DNA of 64,000 nucleotides from contig CM022673.1 of NCBI GenBank assembly GCA_012295275.1, positions 7,564,001-7,628,000 on the forward strand. The letters run 5' to 3'. Positions within the stretch are counted from its first letter, which is position 1. The number at the start of each line of letters is the position of its first letter. The position numbers and the translations under genes were made by a program. This document shows, piece by piece, positions 13,437 to 26,737 of this stretch. The notes under the pieces were generated by a model. It was not told where the DNA came from. It worked only from the letters and a program-made list of their open reading frames with translations, and did not search any database. The stretch comes from Chrysomallon squamiferum. Taxonomy: Eukaryota; Animalia; Mollusca.

Positions 13437-16400
13437 CACATATACTCGTGAATATAAATGTCCCTTGATTAAGAAAATCATGACCTTTTTTCAGTTTAAT
13501 AAATTATTTCTGACATACTTTAGAAAGTATCCATAACCATGGAATGTATTTTCTTATGTATGGAAAGATGTATATAAAATATTTTTTCTGTTATTCTTAA
13601 CTATATACAATATCTGTAGATTTAAAGCAGTCTTCAGTGAATTGCAAAGTAAAATATTTCTTTCTTTGACAGATTGTGAATGAAGAAAATAGCTTTTCTT
13701 ATCCAGTGAACAAACTAACCCTGGTGAAAACTGAAAAAAAGCGCCTAAAGAAATCAGATATGAAGTATGTAAATTTGTCAGAACTGGATGCAAACAAGCT
13801 TGAATATGAATCTGAGGTATAGTGCACCAATAAGCCTATGTTTATATATTGCAAAAAACAAAATAATGATAATAAATGAACCAACAACATAAGGAGCTGA
13901 TAAATTAAGCCCTTAATATGTTATGTGGTTAGATTTACTTCAGTTCTTGAAAACTTAACTCAGATTATGGTTGTAGGATCAATCCTTGGCAGGTTCACAG
14001 AGCTGCTGTTTTCCCCTATCAACCGTTACTTCTAATTCATAATGTCAGTAATCTCTTGCTGGAATGCACAGAATAAAATCTGAGTGGATGATGAAGTGAA
14101 TTTGTTAAATCATGTGCACCACATTGTTCAAATACAGAGTTTATTTTTGTTGTGACTAAAGTGATTTCCTGTACCATGTTGAAATCAGCAGATTTGTGGC
14201 AAGAGATTTTGATTAAATGGTGTAAAATACCACACCTTTAACGTTTATGGTTATAATGATAATGTATGCATATTTAACTGCTCTGTGTGTGTGTGAGTGA
14301 CAGAATGTGAAACATTACAAAACAAAATTTTTAATTAAATGTTTATTACTTTACAGAATGATGAACTCATTATGTCAGTTGAAAAGGTTTGTTTAATTTT
14401 ATATATTACACAGTTGTTTTATTATTTTAAATAAGATTATTTTCTACATCTAATCTAGCAAAATTGAAAGAGAGTTCAGTTAGTCTTCACATCAATAAGT
14501 TTATAATTTGGTTTGTATTTTTGGTGGGTGGTTTTTTGCTTTGTATTCAAGTAAACCATCAGTTTTCCTTGCACATCTGGCAGTTTGATGTATATATCCC
14601 ATGTATTTAATGCAGATAGAAATTTAAATTAAATAAATATTAAATGGAAATTAAATGACTAAATACCATATATTAGTATTGTACCAAAAAAATTAGGTTG
14701 TTAAATATAAGAACAAAATATACAATTTTTTCTAAACCACCAGTGTCTGGAAAATTGATTGTGTACCTGTATCTAGTTATTTTAGGTATATGCTTTTTAA
14801 TGAAAATAGTAAATCTTTCAGTTGAAACATAATGATAGTTCAGCAGTGACAGCTTGTAACTTTAAAATCTACAAAACATCATATGCTATTTTCATTATTG
14901 CTATTGATCCTGTGTTCAGTTATAATTCATATCTGTATACAGAGAGGTTATGTTACAAAAAGATTCAAGTAATATTCAATGTACATAAAATTATCTGAAT
15001 GCTGAAGATAGTGTGTGTTTGTGTGTGTGTGTGCGTGTGTGAGTGACTGAATGACACATTTACAACTTAATTTAAATACAAACCAGTATACTGTGTTTGT
15101 ATCCACAGAAGAAGAAGGTTCAAAAAAACGTACGAAGTGATCCTGTCAAAAAGGTTTGTTTGTTTTGCTGTGACAATTAACACTAACTATTCTATGTGAA
15201 TGTCTGACCTTTATGTCCAGTTTTCACTCTTACCATTATCTTCCTTTATCACTGTGTTACTTTTATGTTCATTTGTCACTGCGTTACCATTATGTTCATG
15301 TGTGACTGTGTTACCTTTATCTTCCTTTATCACTGTGTTACCTTTATGTTCATTTGTCACTGTGTGTTACCTTTATGTTCATTTGTCACTGTGTGTTACC
15401 TTTATGTTCATTTGTCACTGTGTGTTACCTTTATGTTCATTTGTCACTGTGTGTTACCATTATATTCATTTGTCACTGTGTTACCATTATGTACATTTGT
15501 CAGTGTCACCATTATCTTCATTTGTCACTGTGTTACCTTTATGTTCATTTGTCACCTGTTAGCTTCCTGGATAAAAGGTCTGGTACTTAGACTACATCAT
15601 ACATTTTGTGTCTCTATGTATTTGTGTGTATTTTAATATTTTATAGGAATATTAGATATTATGGCTAAATCACACATTTATTTTAATACATTATAATTAA
15701 GCAAGATAACATATAATTGTAGTTTATATGTGTTTTTCACTTTGAAGCACAATTTATGGTCAAGTTTCAATATATTGAGATCTGAATTTACTATCTCCAA
15801 TATAATTTTTACATAAATATATTTTTGAATTGAAAGTGTCATGTTGTCTGTGTATATATGTTTGTCTTCCACTGACAAATTTAGTACATAATTTCAATGG
15901 AAACACAAACTTCATTTATGTTGCAGCCGGAAAGTGCTTCCAAAGAAGTACAGGTTGACCTGAGCAAAAAGGTTTGTTTATTTTGTTGTGATAATTAGCA
16001 CTAATCAACACCATCATTAAACAATTATAATGTACAGCAGTCACCTTGACATAATATCAGTTGTCACCATGTTATTGATTGTTGCTCAGATATGATGTAG
16101 TTCTCACTATATGACCATAATGTTGAGTTTTCATTCAGTCACAATTATTTTCATTTTATTCAATTGTCACTTCATAACTAATGGGTTTTAATTAGCATTT
16201 TATGTCTGTTATGTTACTGTATAACCAGTGCATTTAGTTGCTACTGTGCTTTCAGTGTTTCAGTTGTCATTATGTAATCAGTATATCAAATTGTCTCTAT
16301 GTAACTAGGTCACTTTGTAGCCATCATGTTTGTCTGTCATTATGTTGCCAGAGCATTCAGCTGTCACTATGTAACCATTAGTTTGAGGTGTCACTATGAA

Positions 16401-17823
16401 ACTAATACATTCAGTTGCTACAGTATATACACAATGTTCATTTGTCATTGTTCCTAATGATAATTAACTGTAAAGAATATGTATTATTGAGACAGCTTGC
16501 TTTAGTTTTCTTGGAGTATGTTTGTTTTTTCATTTTCTTATGTGTCTGCATATCTGTCTGGTGTACTTGATATTTGTTTTGCCTATGTTCCCCAAGTTTG
16601 TTCCCTATCTGTGTAATATGGCATAACTTAGAATAACAGGATGATGATATCAAAGAAGAGGACATTGATCTAAATAAAAAGTTAGTTTATTTTACAGTGG
16701 CCTTTTTACAGAATCTGCCTCTTAATGTCATTTGTCATTTTGTTTCTCTTTTGATTCCCAACAATATAATTTTTCTTTACAGTAACATTTGGTTGTTGTT
16801 GTTGTTGTTTTTTTTGTTGTTTTTTCATAGTAACTTTTGATTAGATTTACTGTAAATTTGTTGTTTGAGATTAACATTTGTTTTGTGGGGTTTTTTGTGG
16901 GGGTTTGTTTTTTCACAGTAATATTTTGTTTTGTTTTACTGTAACATTTCTTTGCTTTGGGTTTTTTTTCACAGTAATATTTGTTTTTCTTCACAATAAA
17001 ATCTCAATATTGTTTACAATCATTCAAAATGAAATTAATTCCTTTTGAAGAATATCTTCAGAGTCCATGACTCCTATCACTGTTTAGTTTTATTACATTA
17101 TATGTTAATTTTCATCCTTCAGAACAATAAATGGTGAAAATTACCTTTTTTCTGTTTATTTAAAATACATTATCACAGTCTGTATTAAGTATATTAATAA
17201 AAAGTTATAAATACTGGTGTATGGTATTAAATGACTGAATTTGAATTTAAGTACAAGAAGAATTAGTATGCTATACTAATTCAAATGTATTTAGATGTAC
17301 AAAGAAGGACATTTCTCTGATAGTTAGATCTGCAGGTAATGAACCATTTATCTAGCTTCAAACAGTCCCTGCATTGTTTATTTTTCATGTTTTATTTCAT
17401 ATTTGTATTGAGCCTTCCAAAATTCCAGCAAAACCAGAAATTGGGACCACCTCTGGTTCCAAGCTTGCCGGATAAATGGTTTGGTTCCTGTATAACAAAA
17501 CCACTCATTTTTTCTGTCTCTGATCTTTGATATATTTTTTTTCATGATAGATGACGTTTCTCTATAGAGATGTAAAATAGATCATTCAAATTATGTTTAT
17601 ATTCATTTAGTTTAGATTATTATAAAAAAATTATTTTATTTTAAAGATGTTGAATAATAGAGAATTGTTTTTATTTATGATTTTGTTTCCATTTCAGGTT
17701 TCACAATTACGTTTAAAGCAGAAACAGAAACTAAAAGAAATGGAGGAAGAAAAGAAGAAGTTTGAAATGAAATTACTCGAAGACAAACATATCAAAAGAG
17801 CTGTAGATTATATGCAGCAATGA
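12817..17823 (+). CDS. Orphan micro-exon gene, copy 1 (~159 aa; K/E-rich, C-terminal coiled coil)
   Basis: Phase-0 GT-AG exons: 12817-12831 MSGYT; 13039-13113 (75 nt); 13673-13816 (144); 14357-14386 NDELIMSVEK; 15109-15153 KKKVQKNVRSDPVKK; 15927-15971 PESASKEVQVDLSKK; 17698-17823 VSQLRLKQKQKLKEMEEEKKKFEMKLLEDKHIKRAVDYMQQ*. Possible extra exon pair 16640-16680 + 17295-17322 (41+28 nt, uncertain). Confidence 0.8.
15226..15556. repeat. 27/29-bp intronic minisatellite (CTGTGTTACCATTATGTTCATTTGTCA)
   Basis: About a dozen units; older decayed units continue at ~16020-16450. Confidence 0.9.
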
Positions 17824-19179
17824 AATTTGTCAGTAACATATCTAATATAATTATTTCAGAACTGTAGAAAACGGTACCTCTTGATTAAATACTAAACTGA
17901 AGACATCTTTCGCTCAAAACTGACTACTCAGTCACAGAATTTGTAACATGAAAACTAAGTTGTCAATTTTTAATATTTCACTAACACTAAGTAAGAATAT
18001 GGACTGTTATTTTTATTTCAAAATGTTAAACAAGAAACCTGACTGGCATGATTTGAATATTTCAGTAACACTAAATAAGAAAATAGTTATTGTAACAAGA
18101 AATGTTATTGAGCTGCATGTTTGATATTTCACTGTCACTAAGGTCATATTCTTTTTATTGCAAAGCCAGCTAATTAATTTTGATTTCTGTTTAGTTCAAG
18201 GTTTTCAAACGATCCAAGCTACAAACCATATACTGTACACTACATAGTAGTTACTGTTTTACTTTACAGCAATATCTGATGGGTCAGTAAAGATAATTTA
18301 TTTACAGTTTCTCCCATCTTACTCTTGAAGTTCGTTAAAAATCAAAATTCTTCAGTCTTCTACAAAGGCAGTAAAGTAATTAGGTCGAAAATTTGAGAGT
18401 CGAGATAATGTTGATTCTAAAACATTTGGGAATCAGTGTTTCACGTCATCAGAATGTTACATACTAAAGAATCCAAACCTAGACTTTGATTTGATTTGAA
18501 CCTTTAAAACCTAGTAAAATCATAACCTACATTATTTGTTTCACAGGTATTTGCACAAATGAATTGTGGCCTTAGGTGTTCAGTTTATAATTACTGTGGT
18601 GTTTCTGGGGTTTTTTAAGAGAATTTTTCTGTAACCAAGTTAAATTCACAAACACTTATTATTATTTCACAAATATAAGAAGAAAAATTACTGGATGAAA
18701 TTTGATATTTAACTGATTTCAAATAAAAATAAAAAAGTTCTGGTTTATTTTGTCAGAACCTGTTATGTGAAAATTGATTGACAATCTTTTAGAAAGTAAT
18801 CTTAATCAGCTTTTATTTGAAGTTTATGATGTGTTTATTTGTTTTGTTTTGTGTAAAAGGGAATTCCAAATCATAATAAATAATGATTAATCATTCCAAA
18901 AAATTATCATATTTATCATTCATTAGACTGAACGTATAAAGTATTGATAAATGTTAATTTTTGATTTTTGTTTTTACCACCTCACTGAAAAACAATTAAA
19001 TTTGTTTATTAATATAAATATAATTGTATTAAGTACAGTATCTCCAAATACGTTACAAATATATGTGTCATGTCTTTTAATGCCATGAATTGGAGATTTC
19101 TGGGGTAGCTTTAAACCTTTGACGGCTGAGTGTGGAATATTTAAAATGTCTGTTACAACTATAAAGTGTTGAGGAACCC

Positions 19180-19425
19180 ATTGAAATTTAACTGCATTTA
19201 AAATATTTACTCGTCAACACATTGAGATTTATCTGCATTTAAAATATTCACTCATCAAAACGTTGAGATTTATCTGCATTTAAAATATTCACTCATCAAA
19301 ACGTTGAGATTTATCTGCATTTAAAATATTCACTCATCAACACATTGAGATTTATCTGCATTTAAAATATTCACTCATCAAAACGTTGAGATTTATCTGC
19401 ATTTAAAATATTCACTCATCAAAAC
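19180..19425. repeat. 41-bp tandem repeat x6
   Basis: Units start at 19180, 19221, 19262, 19303, 19344 and 19385; single copy in units 2 and 3. Confidence 0.9.
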
Positions 19426-19549
19426 ACAGGTCAAACCTCTTGCTTTACATAGGAATATTTTACACTGTTTGACCTTTTTCCCTGACTGTAGGGATTGTCA
19501 CATGATTACAAATAGATTTTTTTTTTTCAAAAATATAGAGGGCATGCAC

Positions 19550-19905
19550 ATTTGTATTTACAAGTAAAGTATTAAGTGATAAATTCACAAGATAATTAAA
19601 TTATAGTCAATAAATTACAAATTAACAACATGTAAAACGATAATTTGTTTGCAGTTACAAATTTATAAGAAACAAAATTATAATTGAATTGTAGTTTCAA
19701 ATTTACGATATACAAAATGATACTTTAATTTTAGGTACAAATTTAGTAGATAAGATAATTTAATTCTAGTCAATAAAATTAGAAGATAAAATAACTAAAT
19801 TCTAGAAACAAATGAACAAGATGAAAGATGATAATTTAATTGATTATACAACATTTAATTCTAGTTACAAATTTACAACATATAATTTAATTCCAGGTAC
19901 ACATT
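19550..19905. repeat. Degenerate ~30-bp AT-rich tandem repeat (TTACAAGATAAAA..ATAATTTAATTCTAG)
   Basis: Recurring motif; paralogous arrays at ~32095-32310 and ~46575-46985. Confidence 0.6.
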
Positions 19906-20418
19906 TAAAAGGTGTAAAATGATGATTTAAGTCAGAGTTGTTTCTGTTACACTCCGTCCAGGTTGTTACGATTATGTGATATGTTTGTAACAGTGATGGT
20001 GTCATTTGTAACAATGAAGGTGTTTTTGTAATATTGATTAAACCATTTCCAATGATATATATGATTTGCACAGGATAAATTCATTTGCTCAACTGTAAAT
20101 TTAAAAATTCTTGCACATTTCTGTACAGTTGATTTTGTTATGTTCTAGTGTATACCGGTGGCTTAAATATTTACTTATAAATATTTCTTTTCAGCAGTGG
20201 GCAGGAATAAGAAAATTAGAAGTAGCAGATGCTGGTATATTATTTCAGTTAATAGAGGTGGATAAAAAATAAAGGTTTATAATTTTAGACAAACATATAT
20301 AATTTAAGTTTTATTAAGTACTTTACAAGAAAATATATTAAAATTTCAATATTATTTTCCAAATATACGAAGTTTTAAAGTTAAATTCAAACAAGGAAAA
20401 AAAATACTTAACATTTTT

Positions 20419-20456
<38 letters not shown>

Positions 20457-21185
20457 TTTTATGCTTTGGATTTGGGTATTTTCTGTTTGTAAATATAAGA
20501 TATAGATATACATTTATATATGTTTATGCATATGCACCAGTTTTTTACATTTTTCTATTCTGTAATAATATTTACAGCAATCAGTTTATATAAACATAAT
20601 CTTTTAGAATCACAGAAGTATATTAAAAGACGTCCGAGTTACTCTGTTTCCACACTGTGAGGCTTGTAATAACAGTCTGTAGCAATTAAAGTTTACCAAA
20701 AATGGAATATATTTCTATACTTAAATAAAATAAAATTTTCAGTACGATATATTCATCCATAATTTGTTTTGGTACAAAATTCATGAGAATACAACAACAA
20801 AAAACAAACAAACAAACAAAAACAATAATCAGCTCATGCTACAAAGTAAAAATAAATCTAAGGGACGTAATTCTTGTTACTTTTAGAATCTTACATTTAT
20901 GGTTGGAAATGGGTCACATTTTAATTGTTACAGCTAATATTACATTTTAGATTATCGGAGTTGGCATGTTACAAGTTATATGGTGAAAATATTGCTTTAT
21001 GAATGTGTCTGAACTGTTATTTGCTGATTAAGTTTAAGACTAAATTATTTAATAATACCGTTTACTTTGCTTCTTATCTTTTTTATTTTTTTATTTTATT
21101 ATTATTAAAATGTTGTTTTTTTCATAGATTTAGGAAATTTTTTTTATTAATGTCATTAATAATTGGGTAAATTTTTTCAGGGTAG

Positions 21186-21231
<46 letters not shown>

Positions 21232-21643
21232 TGAAGTTTCTTTTAAAATGCATTTGCTTTTTTTAACAATCATTGACATCATGTGCATTGTGAATGGCTT
21301 TAAAACGTTTTTGTGTGGTAAATATCACAGCTTTCTTTTAAATTAATTTTAATTTTTAAAACATTTTATATGCCCTCTTTTTTAAACTATATTTAATGTG
21401 TGTAAATTATTTACTGGTAGCATTTCAGTAATTCTCTAACTTTTTTCTTTTGTTAACTATCTTAGATACAGATTAACTGTGTGATAGACAAAATATATAT
21501 GAAGATGATGTTTATAGATGCTGTAAATTTCTGTATGTTTGTGAATAATTCACTCTAATATTTTAATTTAATAAATAATATGTCACAGACTGTTTCGCTT
21601 TTTATTTCTCAGTTATATAAAAAACAAATAACAATATTGGGTT

Positions 21644-21680
<37 letters not shown>

Positions 21681-23756
21681 GTAGAAAATGACTAATTCAT
21701 CCTATAAGTTATTCAAGAGAAAATTTAGTTTATTGAAAACTGAAAACAGAAACCACATTATCTTTTTAACATACCTGTTTTGGAATTCAGTTTAAAAACA
21801 AAACAAAACAGACAATTTGTAGGAAGAACGTACATTTTATTTATCCTAGCTTTTACCTATTTCTGTAGGTAACTCATTTAAAATCCAGTCAGTTCTTCTG
21901 TTAGTTCTCCTTTAAGCCATGATGGAAGTGTATTTTATAATTTTAACTGTATTTTGGTGTATTTTCTTCTATATTGTACCAAGTGGTGTTGCATTTTTAT
22001 CAGGTAGAATGAAGGTCCAAGAGGCTCTGAACATTTCATGTAAGCCAGAGAGCCACGATAGCTGCGCCTAATACCCACTGCCTGCCTTGTGTTTTTTATC
22101 TCTTCATCTTTTTTATTTCCCTTGTTCAGTCAGAATACATAAAATAATGGAATCCGATTTATACTTGCAATAGTCCCAGAATTGGCTGGGTTATATATTC
22201 TTTCACCACAGTTCAGTATTTTTCCATTAGATAGAACCACTTATTGTTTTGATGAAACAGGTAGGAATGTCAAATATAAATTGTGAGCAACCATTTCCAG
22301 TACAATGTGCAATTTCTAGTTGTTTTGTAAACTGTCAGCTTGGGCGTCAGTGTATAGTGTTGTGGATTTATGATTCCTTGTAATAGAACAATTTACAAAT
22401 TTAGAAATTCTAACCAAACAGTAAATAGCAAACTACTCTTGGACTACATAGTGAAGAATTTAAACCGTAATAAAATCAAGAAAGGATCAATGGAACACGA
22501 TGAGTACAAGGTGATACAACTGACAGACTCGACTGAAAGTTCTGTATAAAATGTAAACTGTAAATTCAAACCTTAAAATATGTATTATAGAACAATGCTA
22601 TTGAATGAAAAACAAGAAGAGACAAAAAAGACAACCACGTAATTCAAGAATACTTATATTTTATTCCCTATGAGTTAAATTTTGTTTCTACAATGGATTA
22701 ATAACTGTGCATCTGATCAAGCACTGAAATCCTGGTATTAGCACCTCAGACACTAAAACCAGTCAAGATAATTTTTTTCTTTCATTTTCATTCTCTTTTT
22801 GTTTCTATTATTTATTGATTGATTGATTGATTTATTTATTTATTTATATTTTAAAGTATTCTATGAAAATATCCAGTCGTCGTATACAAAATAGATAACT
22901 TCTTTGCAGTCCTGTCCACACTTTCTGCCACAATATGAAATCATTTAACGTCACCAAACTTTTCTCCAGATTTGGAGAATAATAATAATAATGACAATAA
23001 TAAAACTGGTTATTAATCACTACTGAATTGTTGTTGGTTTGGGGGGGGGTTGTATCTTCCTAATCTTCTAACATACTAACCTAAAACAATCCTTGGGTTG
23101 ACATTCCAGCTTTTTGATTGGGCCTATGAGTGAAAGTTATATCATCCCAAGAAAATAGCAAAATCCTTACTGTAAATGACGTAATTGTATTGTAGGTACA
23201 TACCTAACCTTACGCGTAATTCCATCATCAGAAATGTTAGGTTTCTATCAGAGACTCTGGCTAGTGAACGAAAAAGTGAGATGTTAACAATCGTGAATAA
23301 ATTCTTTACATTATATATATATTTTTTTAAAACTGCTGCAGCTATCCTTATAATAGAAATAAAAGGACTGATGTAATAAAATCTTCTCACGTGTGGATTT
23401 CATACAATAATGGAGCTATTTCTCGTTCCAGCCTGACCTTACAAATAATGTTTGTCATGATGTGTATACTATATTCTGTATGAGATAATGTATATAAAAT
23501 TGTTTTCCCATGTTATCTGATTGGTTCTTAATCCTGAGTTCTGTAAATAAAATGTACTGATGTTAAATAAACATTTATTTCCTTTCTTCGAACCCAACAC
23601 TTTCCATTAATTATTTCAAAAGCATGAAATTATTAGTATTAGTTACAAATAAGAGAGAAATGAGGGGAACATAATAAAAAGAGTATCATAATGAAAAAAA
23701 TAAAAAATAAAAAACAAGAAGAAATGGCACAATCTTAAATAAAATTATGTAGAGAA

Positions 23757-23857
23757 ATATTCAAACAACGTTATTTTCCCGCATTTCTTTACGTGACCAG
23801 TTTATGGCAAACAAAACGATCACAGCGAGTTTTCCGTAACTGCTCCGATGTTTACAG
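23757..23857 (+). promoter_or_regulatory. Putative promoter and first exon, copy 2
   Basis: TTCAAA, TTTCCCGC (23775-23782) and donor CAG|GTAAGA are conserved. Confidence 0.45.
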
Positions 23858-24130
23858 GTAAGAAAGAGCTCGAATTTCGGTTTCTATGTACAGATTTATT
23901 TACTGCAGCTAATATGCATAATCACTGTGGGTTTTTTATATTTTTTATACGTATATATATATATAAATTTTCTTTTATAGGTATCATAAAAATACCGTTG
24001 GTTTTGTGTTTTGAATACGTGCTTTTGCGTTTTTATAAATAACGAATGTGTTATAGATAGCGATCGTTTGATAGTTGTCGCGTTGTCGTAAATGTAACAA
24101 ATATTCTTTTGTAGATAACCGTAACTGTTG

Positions 24131-24162
<32 letters not shown>

Positions 24163-24442
24163 GGGAAAATCATTATTTAGGGAAAAACATAATGTTGTAT
24201 TATTCAATATATAAAAATTTATAATAAATAATAGTAACGAAACTGAAGTCGTATGCATTTAATTTTTTTTTTTTTTATATATAACAAAATAATAATTGTT
24301 TAAGTTATTTAGCTAATTATCTAAATATTAACATAGTCTCAGTTGAAGTAAAAAGGTAAAGACACTTTGACACTGTTATCTGACATTGTTTATCTAGATG
24401 TCCTGAACCAGAATATTCTTGGAGGTCTTATGTCGTTGGGCC

Positions 24443-24509
<67 letters not shown>

Positions 24510-25137
24510 ACTGCCAAGGATCACATTTAAAAATAAAAAAATAAAAACATATTTTTTACTAAGTGGCAAGATGTCAATTTTTTTAGTTGGTTTCATTTTC
24601 CTTATGAACATATTACATATGCAAATAATATTAATTTTAATTAAATTCATTCTTGTTTATTTATATATTTTTCATCAGTTACTCATATCAATGTGTTTAT
24701 AATTTAAGTGATTGTTTGTGTGTACAAATTATTTAGCAGCAAACACATTAATGGGTGTTCTTTTGGTGTACATGTATCCACATGCATAAAAAAAAGTTAG
24801 TTTATTTATAGTGCTGAAAATAGAAATTCTGGGGAAAAATTAGACCTTTATAATGCATTGATTTTATTTTTAGCGTTGAAAAAATTTTTTTTTTTTTTTT
24901 TTTGACAAAACTAATTTCTTTAACAAGTAGTTAATCAGTGTTACCTTTTTATAGATGAGAAAAATATTGCTATTCTAAAATCAATTTACACATATATATA
25001 TATATATATATATATATGAGAAAATAGTTATCAGTTTATTAAACAAATGAAATTTATTAGCATGTTTGTTACCAGTTTTAACAATTAGAACAAGTATATG
25101 ACTAAGTAAGATCTCCATTTTAATATTTTGTTTTCAG

Positions 25138-26692
25138 AACAACAGTAGTACAAGAAAACTAACAACTTATGAATTAAACAACATTTATAACCACAATCTA
25201 AAAATGAACATGGTGAGTACTTCTGTCCATTTTAGTAATGGTGAAATTTTAATAGTAAAGTTTGCATCATCTTGTTTTTCTCTTTTCCTGTGAAACAAAG
25301 CATGTACAGTTTCCTAAACCAGTATTTCTTAAATTTATTATTGGTTCATCCAATAATGAATGAAATTTATGTGTTAGCCATATTTGTAGTGAAAATATCT
25401 AAGTTCATTATTTTCTCATACTTCAGAAAGCATCCAAAACCACGGAATGTATTTTCTGTGGAAAGATGTACATAAAAGATTGTTGCTGTTATTCTTAACC
25501 ATATACAATAGCTGTAGATTTAAAGCAGTCTTCGGTGAATTGTGAAGTAAAATATTTCTTTCTTTGACAGACTGAGAATGAAAATGCTGACGTTTCTAAT
25601 ACAGTCAAAAAACTAACCCTGGTGAAAGATAAAGAAAAGAACCTAAAGAAATCAGATCATGTGAAGTATATAGCTTTCCCAGAACTGGATGCAAACAAGT
25701 CTGAATATCACTTGAAGGTATAGTGTACCAACAAGCCTATGTTTACATATTTCAAAAAAATATAATAATAATAATAAATGAACCAACAACATAAAAAGAC
25801 CTTAATATGCTATATTTAGCTGGAGAAAAACAGGTTGTTATTTGGTTAGATTTAATTCAGTTCTAGAAAAATTAACTCAGACTATGGTTGTAGGATCAAT
25901 CCTTGGCAGGTTCACAGAGTTGCTGTTTCCCCTATCAACCTTTACTTCTAATTCATAATGTCAGTAATCTCTTGCTGGAATGCACAGAACAAAATCTGAG
26001 TGGATGATGAAGTGAATTTGTTAAAGCATGTGCACCACATTGTTCATATGCAGAGTTTATTTTTGTTGTGATTAAAGTGATTTCTTGTACCATGTTGAAA
26101 TCAGCAGATTTGTGGCAAGAGATTTTGATTAAATGATGTAAAATACCACACCTTTGGTGGGTGTTTTTTTTGCTTGTTTTATGTTCAAGTAAACCATCAA
26201 TTTTCGTGAATACTTTATTCAAAAGCCTCTCAGGACCAAAAGAGGTGAAATAATAATAAAAATTCAGAAACGCACATCTTTCAGTTTGATGTATACATCC
26301 CATGTATTTAATGCAGCTAGAAATTTAAATTAAATAAATGTTAAATGGAATTAAATGACTAAATACCGTATATTAGTACAAACTGTATCAATAAAATTAG
26401 GTTGTTAAATACAAAAACAAAATATTACATTTTTTCTAAACCACCAGTGTCTCGAAAATTGATTATGTACATGTATCTAATTATTTTAGGTATATGCTTT
26501 TTAATGAAAATAGTAAATCTTTCAACTGAAACATAATGATAGCAGTGACAGCTTGTAACTTGGAAATCTTCAAAACATCATTATTGCTATTGATGCTATG
26601 TTAAGTTCTAATTAATATCTGTATACAGAGAGGTTATGTTACAAAAAGATTCCAGTAATATCCAATGTATAAAAATTATTTGAATCTGAAGA

Positions 26693-26737
<45 letters not shown>

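Noticed and set aside
13699-13890. Recurring minus-strand ORFs (also 37500-37688, 25953-26303, 38290-38472, 19865-20071, 46943-47254)
   Set aside because: They recur only because of the segmental duplication; frames are not kept in all copies, and some are antisense to real exons
14080-14200. C/D snoRNA suggested by ATGATGA in a conserved intron
   Set aside because: No properly placed D box or terminal stem; the motif is mutated in copy 3
17243-17322. Longer exon VQEELVCYTNSNVFRCTKKDISLI (paralog ~29009-29074)
   Set aside because: Frame is kept between two copies, but I could not find a phase-compatible acceptor; left out of the models
19180-19425. Regular 41-bp repeats as a CRISPR-like array
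   Set aside because: No unique spacers, no cas genes, eukaryotic context
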